A stretch of DNA of 64,000 nt from Chiloscyllium plagiosum (lineage: Eukaryota), in contig NC_057717.1 of the NCBI RefSeq assembly GCF_004010195.1, positions 105,274,696 to 105,338,695 of the forward strand, read 5' to 3'. The notes beneath the pieces are model-generated. The model did not search any database, was not told the origin of the DNA, and saw nothing but the letters and a program-made list of their open reading frames with translations. Positions within the stretch are counted from its first letter, which is position 1; the number at the start of each line of letters is the position of its first letter. The translations under genes and the position numbers were made by a program. This document shows, piece after piece, positions 24,400 through 38,274 of this stretch.

Positions 24400-24720
24400 A
24401 AACCACGGAGGAGACCTCAGGCCAATCAGCACCCTACAACGTGCTTTGTAAACTCTGCACATGCACTGATATCTGTGATGAGATTCATTGCAGAAACTGA
24501 GTTAATCCATAATATTCTGAAAGTTAACAAAACTGAATAAATTAATCCACAACATCCTTTGAAAAAGTCAGTTCCCCCTTTCCCCAAAGTGAAAAATCTC
24601 TTCAAAATGTTACAAGGTCTGGATCTGAATCCACATCTTTGCATAAAGTTGATTAGTTGTTCCTTTTGCCATACCCTTTCTGTGTAGCACAGTTTGTTGA
24701 AATTAATCCATTAAACTTTG
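24400..24720. promoter_or_regulatory. Candidate enhancer with three TTAATCCA (K50 homeodomain) sites
   Basis: TTAATCCA at 24502, 24542, 24703; CCAAT at 24422; unique sequence. Confidence 0.3.
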
Positions 24721-24764
24721 AAACAACTGACTGTAGACAAACAGATAACAAATAGGGGTGAGAG

Positions 24765-26590
24765 ACAGAATCGGAGAATTGTTATGGTGCAAAAGCGGGT
24801 CATACGGCCCATTGTGTCTGCACAACTTTCTGAGTGAGTGACGTGACTTAGTTATATTTTCCTGCACCTTCCCATAATCCTACATACTATTTCTAATTAA
24901 ATAATCATCTCCATCTCATGTCCTCTTGAATGTTCCGACTGAACTGGCTTCCATCACACTTCATGTGTTGCAGACCCAAACGCACATGTGTCAAAAAGAT
25001 TTCTTTTCATGGTGCATTTTTGTCTTTTGCAAATTACTTTATATCTGTGCTGTCTCCTGATCCTTTTGTGAATGGGAACAGTTTCTCCTTGCCTCTTCTG
25101 TCCAGAACCCTCGTGATTTTGAAAATTACAATCAAATTTCCTTTAAAATTCTCCTCTCCAAAGAAGCATTGCGGTAAGAAGTTACTTGTGGTCTTTTTGA
25201 AACAAAATAACTGGGTGATATTCCAAATTAATACATAGAAGCAAAGCAGAATAGAGCAGGAGGAAGCCATTCAACCTTTTGAGCCCACTCCGCCATTCAT
25301 CACAGTCATGGCTGATCATCCAATTCAATAGCCTAATCCTGCTTTCTCCCTGTAACTTTTGGTCCCATTCGCCCCAAGTGCTGTGTCTAGCCAGCCCTTG
25401 AATACATTCAATATTTTGGCATCAACTACTTCCTGTGGCAATGAATTCCACAGCCCCATCACTCTTTGGGTGAAAAAATGTCTTCATCTCCTTCCTAAAT
25501 GGTCCACCCCAAATCCTGAGACTGTGACCCCTGGTTTTGGATGCACCCACCATCGGAACATCCTCCCTGCATCTACCCTGTCTAGTCTTGTTAGAATTTT
25601 ATAAATCTCTATGAGATCTCCCCTCACCTGTCTGAACTCCAGCAAAAACAATCCTAACTAAGTCAATCACTCTTCATACATCAGTCCCACCATCTTGGTG
25701 GTAAACCTTCTGGTAAACCTTCGCTGTGCTCCCTTGAGAGCAAGAGCATCCTTCCTCGGAAAAGGAGACCAAACTGCACACAATATTCTAGGTGTGGCCT
25801 CACCAAGGCCCTGTATAACCACAACAACACATTCCTGTTCCTGTACTCGAAACCTCTCGCAAATGAAGGCCAACATACTATTTGCCTTCTTTACCACTTG
25901 CTGCACCTGAATAAATACTTTCAGCGACAAGTGCACAAGGACACCCAGGTCCCGCTGCACACTCCCTCTCCCAATTTATAGCCATTCAGGTAGTAATCTA
26001 CCTTCTTGTTTTTGCTTCCAAAGTGAATAACCTCGCATTTATCCAAATTATACTGCATCTGTCATTGATTTGCCCACTCACCCAACCTGTCCAGATCACG
26101 CTGAAGGACCTCTGCATCCTCATCACAGTTCACCCGCCCACCCAACTTGGTATCATCTGTAAACTTTAAGATGTTACATTTTTCAAATTCTTAATAGATA
26201 TTGTAAATAGCTGGGGTCCTAGCACCAATCCCTGTGACACCCCACTAGTTACTGCCTGCCAATTTGAAAAGGACCCATTAATTGCTACTCTTTGTTTCTT
26301 CTCTGCCAACCAGATTTCTATCTATCTCAACACACTTCCCCGTATCCAATACACATTAATTTTGCACAATAACCTCTTATGCAGGACTTTGTCAAATGCT
26401 TTCTGAATGTCCAAATATACCACATCTACTGCCTCCCCCTTGTCAACTCCAATAGTTACATCTTCATAGAATTCCAACAGATTTGTCAAGCATGACTTCC
26501 CCTTCATAAATTTATGCTGACTCTGTCTGATTCTTCCACTGCTTTCTAAAAGTTTCCTATAAAGTCCTTGATGATGGATTCCAGAATTTC
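24765..26590 (-). mobile_element. CR1 LINE fragments (old 24765-25170; younger 25232-26590)
   Basis: KGKSCLTNLLEFYEDVT..VDVVYLDIQKAFDKV; QRDLGVLVHLSLKV. Confidence 0.88.
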
Positions 26591-26669
26591 ATATCTCTCC
26601 AATCGCACAAGTGAGTGAAAAATATATTAGATGCCTTTGGCCATGGAAAAAGTTTTGATGCATGAGGAG

Positions 26670-26995
26670 AATCATAGAACCCCTACAATGTGGAAGCAGG
26701 CCATTCAGCCCATCTCGTCAATGCTGAACCTTCAAAGAGTATACTGCCCACACCCACCCTATCCCTGTTACCCCAGATATCCCATAGCTAATCCGCCTAG
26801 CTAGCTCATCCCTGGATACCATGGGTAATTTAGCATGGCCACTCCACCTAACTTGCACATCTTTGGACTGTGTGAGGAAAAGCACACAGACATGGGGAGA
26901 ATATGCAAACTCCACACAGATAGTCAACTGAGGGCAGAATCAACCCAAGTGCCTGGTGCTGTGAATTAGCAGGGATAACCACTGAGCCACCATGC
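26670..26995 (-). mobile_element. HE1-like V-SINE (older, internally deleted)
   Basis: tgcaaactccacacagatagtc, ttgcacatctttggactgtg, ccactgagccaccatgc. Confidence 0.85.
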
Positions 26996-29900
26996 TCTTC
27001 ATTCCCTGGAATAGGACTTGAACATACAAATATCTGAAAGATATCTGAAATCTGACAGAAAACTGTATTCTCTTCATTTCTAAATTCTGCTTTCTTAAAA
27101 CAAAAATGGACAACATTGCTGGAGTCATAAAATGGATGACGTAATCATATTTCCAGAAGCTTCTGAACCCCTACATTGTATAGACATTCTAGCAAAATCT
27201 GAAATAAGAGACCTGACGTCCAGCCAGCTCTGGATAAAAGAGCCATTATGCTGAAATCAGCACTTATGCTTTTGCAGTTACTTCCATGTCAGAATTAGAA
27301 TTCTAATAGAGGAGGTAAATCCACCTTGTTAGGGTAATGACCTTCCAGTTAGGTCACTGAGAAGGCCTGTCAGCATCTGAAGTCTGTGTCTTTGATACAT
27401 GACTGAAATTAGAGCTAGCTGAACTGCTTAAATCTTTTCATACATCTGTGGAATTTGGGCATCATTGGCTGGCCAACATTTATTGCCTGTCCCTAGTTGT
27501 CCTTGAGAAGGTGGTGATGAGCTGCATTCTTCAACCACTGCAGTCCATGTATACAATTTGAGATTCAAAGTTAGTTGCTGTTTCACATCCAGAGGGACAG
27601 CAGGACTCCAGACTGAATTGGTAGCCTGCCTTAGACTTCTGTCTTTGTCTCCAAGTTGCTAACTGAAAAGAGGCCTGCAAAAAGGAAACCTAATGGGTTC
27701 AGCTCACTGAGGAGATTACTGTAGGACACTGATCTCCAAGAAGTTATCACTCATGTGTATTAATTCTTAATATCTCTGAATTCACCAAAATTTGTAGTTT
27801 ATAACCCACCTCCTCTCCTGTCCTGTCTTCCTTACTTTATAGTGTTCATAGTGTGTAAGACTAGTGTAGTGAAGCAATTCCTCTGTGTTTGAATGTTTTG
27901 TTAATAAACCCAACCATTCATCTCATCTTAAAGGTCTTTTTGCTGTCAGTTTATTGCAAAATTGGAATCTGAAACCAACATCTGGGGGCCACATACCAAC
28001 TGAAGCCAAGAACTTAGATGATAACCTGATCCTAGCCTAATCAACATTGATATCATAGAGTCGCAGAATTGTTACAGTGCTGAAATAAAAAACCCAGGTC
28101 AGCCCATCATGTCACCCTTTGAACTACCTCAGTAAAGGACAGCAGTAAAAAGGGAAAGGAGTAAATCAAACAACATCTCGTTGTCCTGGGCTTAAAGGAG
28201 GAAAACCAATCATAATTTAAATTTTCACCCTTTGTCCATGAGACCATCCTTTGACTTGGACTGCATTCAATTTGATTCATTTATTCAATTAACCACTACT
28301 TACCCATTTATGCCCACTTAAGGTTCAAGTGAATTTGAATGAAATTGAAAGGATATTTGCGGGCAACTTGCTGTTGACAAAATAGATACAGCTTCAGGTA
28401 CAATATAAGTTCAAATTCTGAATTGCTCCAATGAAGAAAACTCTCGCATGTTAAATAAGGAGTAATTTGATTTTTCTGCCATACTGATGAATCTTTAGCT
28501 GCCTCCTGGCCACATACCAACTGAAGCCAAGTAGTTAGATGATAAACTGATCCCAGCTTAACCATTATTGATGTCACAGAATCACAGAAATTACATTACC
28601 AAAAAATTGCCACAGCCCAACGTATCACCATCCGTTCTCTGAATGAGCAACTCAGCAGGTCTGGCAGCATCTGTGAAAAGAAGTCAGAATCAACGTCCCA
28701 AAATGTTAACCCGATTTCTCTCCACAGATGCTGCCAGGCCTGTTGAACTTTTCTAGCAATTTCTATTTTTGTCTCTGATTATTATTTCTTTCCTGAGTGA
28801 GTGTTTCTAGAATTTTTTCTCACTCATTGAGGTTAAACTTGAGGTTAAACATTGGGTTTATAATTGCAGGCTTACCTTTACATGCTTTTCTGACAAGAGT
28901 TTAAAATTTGCAATTCTCCTGTTCTCTGGCACCGTCCCTAACTTTGAAGAAGACTGAAAAATTATGGTCAGTACCTTCACAATTTCCATTCCCACATCTC
29001 TCTGTATCCTGGGTTGCATCTCATCCAGTGCTAATATCTTAGCGACTTTAAGTACAGACAGCCTATCTATTACCTCTTGCTTTTCAATTTTAAACTTGGT
29101 AGTGTCTGAATTACCTCCTATTTTTCCATAGCCTGTATAATATCTCCTTCTCTGGTAAAGACAGATGCAAAGAAGTAATTTATTATCTCACATGTGCTCT
29201 CTGCTTCCATGTGTAAATCTCCCTTTTTGATCCTCAATCTCTTGAGCATCCTTCTACTATTTAACTTTCCTACCAGCAGTTCACAATGTTAGTACATCAG
29301 GAGTCTATTCAGTTCAAAGGGGATATGCTAGTATGAACTCTACATATATCTACTGTAATCCCATTTCCCTTCTCTTTACCTTTAAATATTTTTCCAATAT
29401 AGTTTATTTTAGAACATGTTGTGGAAAATTGCCCTCCTTTTTTCCAGATTACAAAGTGACTCAATTTCAAAAGTACACCATTAGTTACAAAATGTTTGGG
29501 GGCATCCTAAGAATATGAAAGAAATTTTATAATTTATTTTTCTTTTTAAATCCTGTGACTCGACTTCATTAGCTCCTATGATATTATGTTCCACATTCTA
29601 ATAAATGCAAGAAAAATTTTCTAATTTTTACTTTTGTGATTTAATATTGTCATAGAGTAATAGAGATGTGCACCTGATTTATTCATTCATTGCTTAAAAG
29701 AAATAACTTCACTAATGTTACAAATCTTTTCATAACATTGAATGATTCCTTTAGCTTCTTCCTTAATCATCTCTGCTTAGTGCATACATACCTAGCGTAT
29801 TGAATCTCTTATCCTTCAAATTACAAATCACTTCAACATCTTTTCTTTCACAGTGTGTCAAAATCTGTACAAATTGCTGCTGTTTTAGTTTAACTAAAGT

Positions 29901-32282
29901 TTTCTACATTTGCAATATCAATCCTTGCCTTCTTCATATCAAACTCAGAATCTCATTTGTATTTTTATTATCTTTTTCCACCCTCAACCTTCTTTTAATG
30001 ATCTGTATACCTGTGCTGGTTTGTGTTTATTCCCCATTCTTCCCCATTTCATTCAAAATATTGTCATTTGTATTATTTCTGTTATTTTCCCCAGAATCTA
30101 TGTCATATTTTATATGTCGGTGTATGAATTATGTCTGTTCAATTTTCTGCCTCACCCTTTGTTCGAAAAGTGGCAACAGATGTAGCTTCCTAATTGCACT
30201 TGATATCAAAGCAATTGAATGTAGAAATTTAACAGAGGTAGGAAAAGAAATTAACCTTTCAGCACCCCCATATGAAGTAGCCATATCTTCTTGATACTGA
30301 GTCTTAAAAGAATCCACAGTATACTAAACTATAAATTGGTGGAAAAGCATTGAACTATATGTCTGCTGCTCTATCATATCATTTACTTTAGCAGACAATG
30401 AAAGGTTTAATTTGTCTGGAGTTTGTTGATACTTAAAGTCTGTACAGATGCAAAGAATTAATTTACTGTACAGATCATGCCCCTTGCTTGTTTACTGAAC
30501 TGAATCAGATCTAAGTGATGAAAAAGGAATTGTTTTATTAAATTGTTGTCATGCCAATGCATGACTTTGAAAGCTCTGACTTATCAGTACTTCATTCACA
30601 CTATTAACAGTGAGACTGCTATCAGTTTATTGCTGAGATACAAATCTTCATTAAAGATATAATGCAGGAGCTGCATTTACTAATGTCTTTGTCATAAATT
30701 CAAATGTTAGTTTCAGGATCAGTCCAGTTATACTTGTCTGACAAAGTATATAATTTGTTTATTTATACAATATTCCTGTGCAATGTCAGCTCCGATATGG
30801 CTGTGAAATACTGCACAGACTGAATAATTTAGTGTTAATTACAGAATATACCATGTGCAATTCACTATCAGTTCCTGAATATTTAAAGTGTATACTAAGC
30901 AAATCACCTTAATCTCCCCTGTAACTATATATATTGGATAGTTTAACATTAACCTCTATGTATGCACAGTATACATTGAGTAAGGAAGAGTCTTGTGGCA
31001 CAGTGGTAGTGTCCTACATCTGGGACAGAAGGCTTGGGTTCAAGTCCTACTTGCCCAAGAAATATACCATAACATGTCTGAATAGGTTGATTGAAATTTA
31101 TAAAATATAATGTGACACACATTATCTGTACTCCTAGTCTAGCAATATTATCACTAGGGCATCACTTCATCCAATTATAATTGGGGGAGGTGATGGCCTA
31201 GTGGTATTGTTTTGTACACTCCAGGAGTATACTAATCTTTGGTAAGCTGTAACTCCCATTTTTTGTTGCAATGCATCTTGACCACAGGTTAGAAACCCAA
31301 AGTACAATGGATATTTTAAACTTGTAATTCCAAAACATCCCTTTCTAAAAGAGGACTGACACAGCCAAAAAAAGAGACTGCAGAAGTACATTAAGTTGCT
31401 ATCTAGAGAGAGAGAGAGAGAGACTCATAGAATGTGACACCTAAAGATGTGAAAGGAACTTCAAACAATTAGCCTTTAAAAGTCAAGAGGCAAGATGAGC
31501 TGCAACTTAAAATATTAGAACACAAACTATTGGTTGGAGAATGGTAAATGCGTGGAGTTTGACTGCCTATAGAAGATTTTTCTCAGCCCATAAGATTAAG
31601 ATATCAGTTATTTATGACATCTCTGATGAGCAGAGCAGAAAAAGATTTTTTGCATCGATCTACACAGCCTCTCCTTTCCCCCATTCCCCCACAAACTCAT
31701 ACTCAGGCCTGAGGTTCATTCTTTGCCGGATGACTGTCCTTCATTTTGCTCACCTCTAACTCTTAACAAGCTGTCACAGGGTCTTCAGCTGCATTTCCCA
31801 GTCTGCATTAAATAGGTCATTATCAAAATATTGGTCATGATTCAGAAGATAATTCTCTGAGTCAAACGATCATGGGTTCAATGTCCCACTCCAGTGAATT
31901 ATGCATAACATTCGATGCTAACCTTTCAGGGCTGCAATGAGGAAGTGTTTAAGAAGGCAGCTCATCACCGTCTTGGCCAGGGCAATAGGATGCGCAATAA
32001 ATGCTGACGTAGCCAATGATAGCCATAACCCATGAATTTAAACAAAAGATGATATTGAGGTTTCCCTTTACTCAACAAAATAATATGTATCAACATGAAT
32101 TTTGGAATTAAAAAATAGTGAAATTGGATGCTGTTGCTGTCACTACAATTTCAAACTTACAGCAGCAGCTGGTGTTTACTTAATATTCTTCAGTTTGGAA
32201 ATCAGATGTTGCAGTTAGTGATTTCACGTTTCTCCAGGTGTTCCTTACAAAATGCAATCAATTAGAAAGCATTGCTTTGACA

Positions 32283-32500
32283 GGAGCTCTGGCTCAGTGG
32301 TTAGCACTGCTGTCTTACAGCACCAGGGACCTGGGTTCGGGCGACTGTCTGTGTGGAGTTTGCACATTCTCCCTGTGTCTGCATGGGTTTTCTCCGGGTG
32401 CTCCGGTTTCCTCCCATGATCCAAAGATGTGCAGGTCAGGTGAATTGGCTACGCTAAATTGCCCGTAGTGTTAGGTGCATTAATCAGAAGGAAATGGGTC
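32283..32500 (+). mobile_element. HE1-like V-SINE, 3'-truncated
   Basis: ggctcagtggttagcactgctg head and V-domain. Confidence 0.85.
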
Positions 32501-33412
32501 AGTGGGAAGGGTGGAGCAGATAGGTGGTGATGTGTTCAAGAGTTGGTCCTGGGATGAGAGGAGATTTAGAAACTAGTGAAATCGATGTTGATGCCATGTG
32601 GTTGAAAGGTCCCAAGGTGGAAAATGAGGCGTTCTTCCTCCAGTAGGCGGATGGCTTTGATTTGGTGGTGGAGGAGGCCAGGACTTGCATGTCCTTGGTG
32701 GAGTGGGAGGGGAATTAAAGTGGTTGGCCACAAGGCAGTGGGGTTGTTTGGTACGTATTTCCCAGAGATATTCCCTAAACTGCTCCGTGAGTTGGCATCC
32801 TGTTTCCCCATTGTAGAAGAGGCCACATCAAGAGCAATGGACACAGTAGGTGAGGTGAGTGTTAGGTGCATGACATGTAGGAAAATCTCTGCTGGTTGTG
32901 AACATATCTTTTGGGGCTTTTGACAGAGATGAGGGGGGAGGTGTGGGTGCAGATTTTATACCTTGTATGGTGGCAAGAGAAGGTGCTGGGTGTGGAGGGA
33001 GGGTTGGTGGCTGGGGAGGGGGTGGAGGTTAGCGGGGAAGGTGGCATGGACCGAAAAAGGGAGTTGCAGACGGAAAGTTATCTGCAGAACGCAGATAGGG
33101 GTAGAGATGGAAAATATCTTTGCTGGTGGGGTCTGACTGAAGTTCACAGAAATGGTGGAGGATAATGCACTGTATCCGGAGATTAATGGAGTGGAAGGTG
33201 AGGACCAGGGGATTCTATCCTTGTTGTGATTGGAGGGGTGGGGTTCGAGGGCAGAGGTGCAGGAAGTGGAGGAGGTGTGCTGGAGAGCATTGTTGATCAC
33301 GTGCAAGGGGAAATTGTGGTCTCTGAAATAGAAGGACATCTGAGATGTTCTGGACTGGAATTGCTCCTCCTGGGAGCAGATACGGCAGAGGCGGAGGAAT
33401 TGGGAATAAAGA
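32500..33412 (-). mobile_element. Penelope-like element C-terminal/GIY-YIG relic
   Basis: MSFYFRDHNFPLHVINNALQ; RLLEEERLIFHLGTFQPHGINIDF. Confidence 0.78.
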
Positions 33413-36019
33413 ATTGATGTTTTGTAAATGTTGCAAGAGTACCTGCCTTCACCACCTTCTCAGACAACATGTTCCATGTTTCTCCCACCCTCTGGGTGAA
33501 AAAATGTTTCCTCGGATCTCTCCTAAACCACTTGTTTCTTACCTTAAACTTATGCTCACAATTCATTCCTCCCTCCTCTCCAGTTTCTCACTGCAGCCGA
33601 CAGCAGTTTTTCCAGATTGTTGTCTGGGAAACCATGTAAGGAAATTCAAACAAAGCCCCTCCATTAATTAATTAAGTTATCCATCTTTCTGTTATTTTTG
33701 GGTTTTTAAACCTCTCACATTTGCCATGCTACATTCATCCACTCATTTTAAAAATCTGATGTGCCTGTGCATGTTTCAGAGGCAGTAATAGCTGTTGGTC
33801 TTTTGAAAAGATCATCAGGAATTTCTGAAAATGGTAGTTCTGTGGCGAGAGATAAATATGGTCTCTGTTTTAAATGAATATAGTTTTTATTTTCTAATTA
33901 TTTTCCTTGTCTTCATTGGGAACGACGGTGCTTGTAAAATTCAAAGAAACAAGTAGGGACATAATTTAACATGCAAAATTCTTGCTGCAATGTGTATTTA
34001 GATAAGGTTTTAAGTCAGTGAAATTCAATAAACATAGATGCTACTTGGACAGTTAAAGTCACAATTGTTGTATTATAGTCCCTGCCAAGGAAAATAATTT
34101 TAAATATATTTATGCTTGCATCTTTTACATTTTGAAGATTTCCAAATTGTTTTACAAATAGTCATTTCATTTTGTTCCCTGAGTATATACACTGCACTAA
34201 TTTGTGCAAACAAAACTGTCAACTTCCACACCAAAGTACCATAAAGAGCAAGTGAATGAATGATCAAATAATTTGTTTTGATAATATTGGTTGAAAGAAG
34301 AATATTGATCAGAACACTCTTCTCTTTTGGAATTGTTCCAGGAGATCTTTTTTATGTCCATTCACCCAAAATAGGTAGGCTCTTGACTTAACTTTTGATC
34401 CAAATTATGACAAAGAATTAATGTGAATTACATGATCAAGCGCATTGTGTGATTTTTAACACATGATTTATCAGTTAATCACGTTTTGTAATTGAAAGGT
34501 GATCATGCTAAGCAGATTATTCCAAAAGGGGCAAGGCAGGACTGGGTGAGACCATTTGGCATTTGTAGTCTGTTCTTTTCTCCACTACTTTGTCAGTGAG
34601 GCAACCGCATGGCAATTAGTTAGGAATCGTTGACCCTAAAATGTCAGATACAAGAGTACATTTTTTCCTATTGGGGTGAAAGTGTAGCACAGGGATTATA
34701 ACCTTAAAATCAGAGCCATGCTATTTAAGAGACAAGTTAGGAAATGCTTCGTCACATAATGAGTGGTTCCACAATAGTGGAACTCTTTCCCAGGAAAACC
34801 AATGGATAGTAGCTCAAATAATTTGAAATTGATGGATCTTTGCTGCTAGGAATGTTAAGCAGTATGGAGCCAAGGCAAGTCAGGATCCAGACTAGCCATG
34901 ATCTTACAATGAGAAGACAGGCTGGAGGTCCAAATGATCACCTCTTATTGCTATGTTCACATCTCTATAATTCGAGCTGGGAAACTAGCCTGTTTAGAAC
35001 AAATGGCATAATACAGCTGCTAAAAGAAGGAAAAGTAATTTCAGACAGATACTTGCTTAACTTTCCGTGCTGATCACCCAGTTTCAAGCAAACCTTTCCC
35101 ATCTATCAACAGTATTGCTCTAATCAGTATTCCGAATAAAAATAACTATTAATTTTAAAATCTGATACGTTTAATAAATTGTATTAAGTAGAGCACATTG
35201 TACATTGCAATATCTTCTTTCAGTTCCTCCAAATTCATGAGCTCTTGAGTGGTAGTATGTTTCCCTGTATTTAAATCTGGAAGGAACAGTAATTCAAACT
35301 GTCAAATGTCCAATATCCAGTCATGCTGAAGGGTGGAGGCAAATTCTTATCACACAATAATGGAAGCTATGACTGACCCTCTGTTGCTATCAGTGTGATT
35401 AATAGATCCTCGTCAGGGTCTGCCAAGTCCTCCTCCTTCAGGATCTGAAAGATTGTTTCAGGCTCAGTGGGTTTAATGATGGGTCAGATGTTGCGGATTT
35501 CTGCCCTGTTAATTCTGGTATCTGTTATCATAAGCTGTGGAACATGTAATCCTAATGTATTCTTTAAAGATGGAGAAAACGTAACCACAATATATTACTG
35601 TAAAACCAGACTAGAACAAGAGGATATAAATTAGAATTGTTTAAAAATAAGTATAAATCTAATAGAAATAATTGGGCTGTAAACAATTCAAATAACCTGC
35701 TGCAAAGGATGAGGGTGTCATTTGTTTTATTCATTAACAGTAGGCGAGCACCATTGGTTGGGCCTGCATTTATTGTCCATCTCTAGTTGCTCTTGAGAAA
35801 GTCTGAAATAAGTGGAGAGTCAAAAAACAAAGCTTTCATGGGAGGGTACACTAGGAATAATGAAATTGAATGGACTGATTAGCCTTTGTTTTACCCTCAT
35901 TTTACCCTCAACGAAGGGTACTCTATCATTTGTGTCCTATATCTGTCTTCTGAGGAGGTTGTTGTGACAACATAGCAGCAACAGTCTTAGTACTCAACAC
36001 CAACAACTGCCAATTTCCA

Positions 36020-37485
36020 GATACCATCCTATTATTCATCCGCTTCATCCACAATGTCTTCGCCTTTGACAATCAGCTCTTCATCCAGATAAATGGAACA
36101 ACTGGGGAAAGACTTTGCACTCCGATATGCCAACATTTCATGCACAAGTTACAGCAAGACTTCTTTGCTGCAAAGGACCTGTAATCAACGTTATACACCA
36201 GATATATCAATGACATTTTCTTCCGTTGGAGTCATGGCACGGAATCACTGCAACGACTACTCAACAATATCAACAAGTTTCATCCCACCATCAGACTTAC
36301 TATGGACTACTCTTCAGAATCAGTCTTATCCTCGGACAGATGATTTCCTCGGAGGACAGCCACAGGACACAACTGATAGAGTACCCTTGATCGTCCAATA
36401 CCTACCCGGACTGGACAAGCTTTGCCATGTTCTCTGCAGCCTTCAAAATGTCATCAGTGACAATGAACATCTCACCAAGATCATCCTACGCCTCCACTTC
36501 CTATGTTCAAACAACCACCAAGCCTGAAACGGACCAACATTTGCAGCAAACTACCCAGCTTCAGGACAACATCAACCACAACACCACACAACCCTGCAAG
36601 TCATGCCAGATCATCGACATGGATACTACCATCACATGTGGGAATACCACCCATCACATACATGGCAGATAGCCCTGTGACTCGGCTAATGTTGTCTACC
36701 TCATGCTGCAGGCAAGGATGCCTTGAGGCATGATATATTGGCAAGACCATGCAGATGCTACAAAAATGGTTAAATAGACACCATGCAACAATTGCCAGAC
36801 AGGAATTTTCCCTCGCAGTCAGGGAACACTTCAGTCTATTGGACATTCAGCCTCCAATCTTCAGGCAATCATCCTCCAAGGTGACCTTCGAGATGCACAA
36901 CAACGCAGAATCAACGAGCAGAAACTGATAGCCAAGTTCTGTACCTATGAAGACAGCCTCATGGTTCATGGGTTCATGTTGTGCTACATGTAACTCCCTC
37001 CATACTGTTCTGTATCTGTAAAACCTGCCTTACTGCCTTGTTTTGACACCATCACCTTGGTAACATGTTATGATCTCTGTACCTTAATTAATTTGTACAG
37101 TTTTGGATTACTTGTCACTTTGGTTAGATCCTCAGCATGCGACTCTTATACCTATCATGTTATTCCAGCCATTTGGCTTGTCTCTAGCACCACCCTATTT
37201 TTAGTTTTTTGTAATTATCTCTGTGCCTCAATTAGTTGAATGATAGGTCACCCCTTTCACTTGCTATTCAGTTGTTGACACTTTATTCACACCATCTGAC
37301 ACTTTTGATCACCTACAGAGACTTATTATTCAACCTGTCAACATTCCACTCACACCATTTCTATGATGTTTTGATCTCTCTGCTATAAATTCTGTGCCTA
37401 TGTGCCTCTCTGCACTTCACCTGATGAAGGGGCAGCGCTTCAAAAGCTTGTGATTTCAAATAAACCTGTTGGACTACAACCTGAT
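36020..37485 (+). mobile_element. Penelope-like element (RT, GIY-YIG, pLTR with hammerhead-like core)
   Basis: tttgacaatcagctcttcatccag (FDNQLFIQ); DRVPLIVQYLPG; tgtgactcggctaatgttgtctacctc (CDSANVVYL); cctgatgaagggg..aaagc at 37420. Confidence 0.82.
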
Positions 37486-38274
37486 GTCAAGTGACTTCTG
37501 ACCTTTTCCTTAGGACCAGCAGTGGAGACAATGACAGACCATGGCAGCCTAGTCCGAGGAGGCCATCCAAATTAAAGCTTTCTCAGCCGTCTGGAGACCA
37601 GTTAATGACCATCTCCATTCTGCCAACATAAGTGCAATCATCTTCCTTTTGATCTAACACATTTATTTGATCATTGTTCTAGTACCCATCAAGGCTTATG
37701 CTCTACTATTCTCACTATTGCCTGCAACAGCTTCCCCATTTGCCCTCAACCAACGGAACCCACAACACTACTAACCCTTTGCACTGCCTACACACTCATT
37801 TGGGATATCTACACCTGCATCAACCGTAACAGATGTGCCATCCACTTTTATCTTCCATCATACCTGTTTCTCTCATTCCAGGGGAAAAACAGCCTACATT
37901 GGAAAGGAAGAATCAAGATGGATGGTGTGCTGCTCATTATTCAGCTCCTGACCCCTCATGAGGACAGAATCCCTATTTTGACCACCCCCAGTAGGCCCTG
38001 GACTGGTATTAGAGGCTGCCCTCAACTTACTCCCATGAGCAAAGGGTATTCCCCTTGACTTGACTGAGACCTGCTGACAACTATGACAGGCTTCCTGGAA
38101 TTGTCTCTCTCCTTAATGGCTTGGCAAGACAGTAATAAAATGAGCCTGGTATTTCTGGATGAGGGGAAAAGCACAAAAAGCCATGGCCATCCAGGTCGGC
38201 TCAGAGTGAGTAAGCACTACGACAGTGAGTGACGGGCCTGGAGATGCAGCCCGTTCCGGTCCATGAGGTGGGTA

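Noticed and set aside
27050..27980. LTR-like block with aataaa
   Set aside because: No second copy, TSD or clear TG..CA ends in the window.
29800..30294. 164-aa hydrophobic ORF
   Set aside because: T-rich low-complexity sequence with a non-ATG start and no recognisable domain or splice context.
30150..30900. AT-rich unique blocks that might be CNEs (also 54450-54800 and 56700-57000)
   Set aside because: Cannot be supported without cross-species alignment.
35378..35444. Possible 67-nt minus-strand exon (ILKEEDLADPDEDLLITLIATE) with TTTCAG acceptor and GTCAGT donor
   Set aside because: Weak donor, no partner exons, peptide not recognised; would need RNA-seq or tBLASTn.
37520..38270. Possible older element flanking the Gypsy (also 44358-44880)
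   Set aside because: No termini or coding motifs I can identify.
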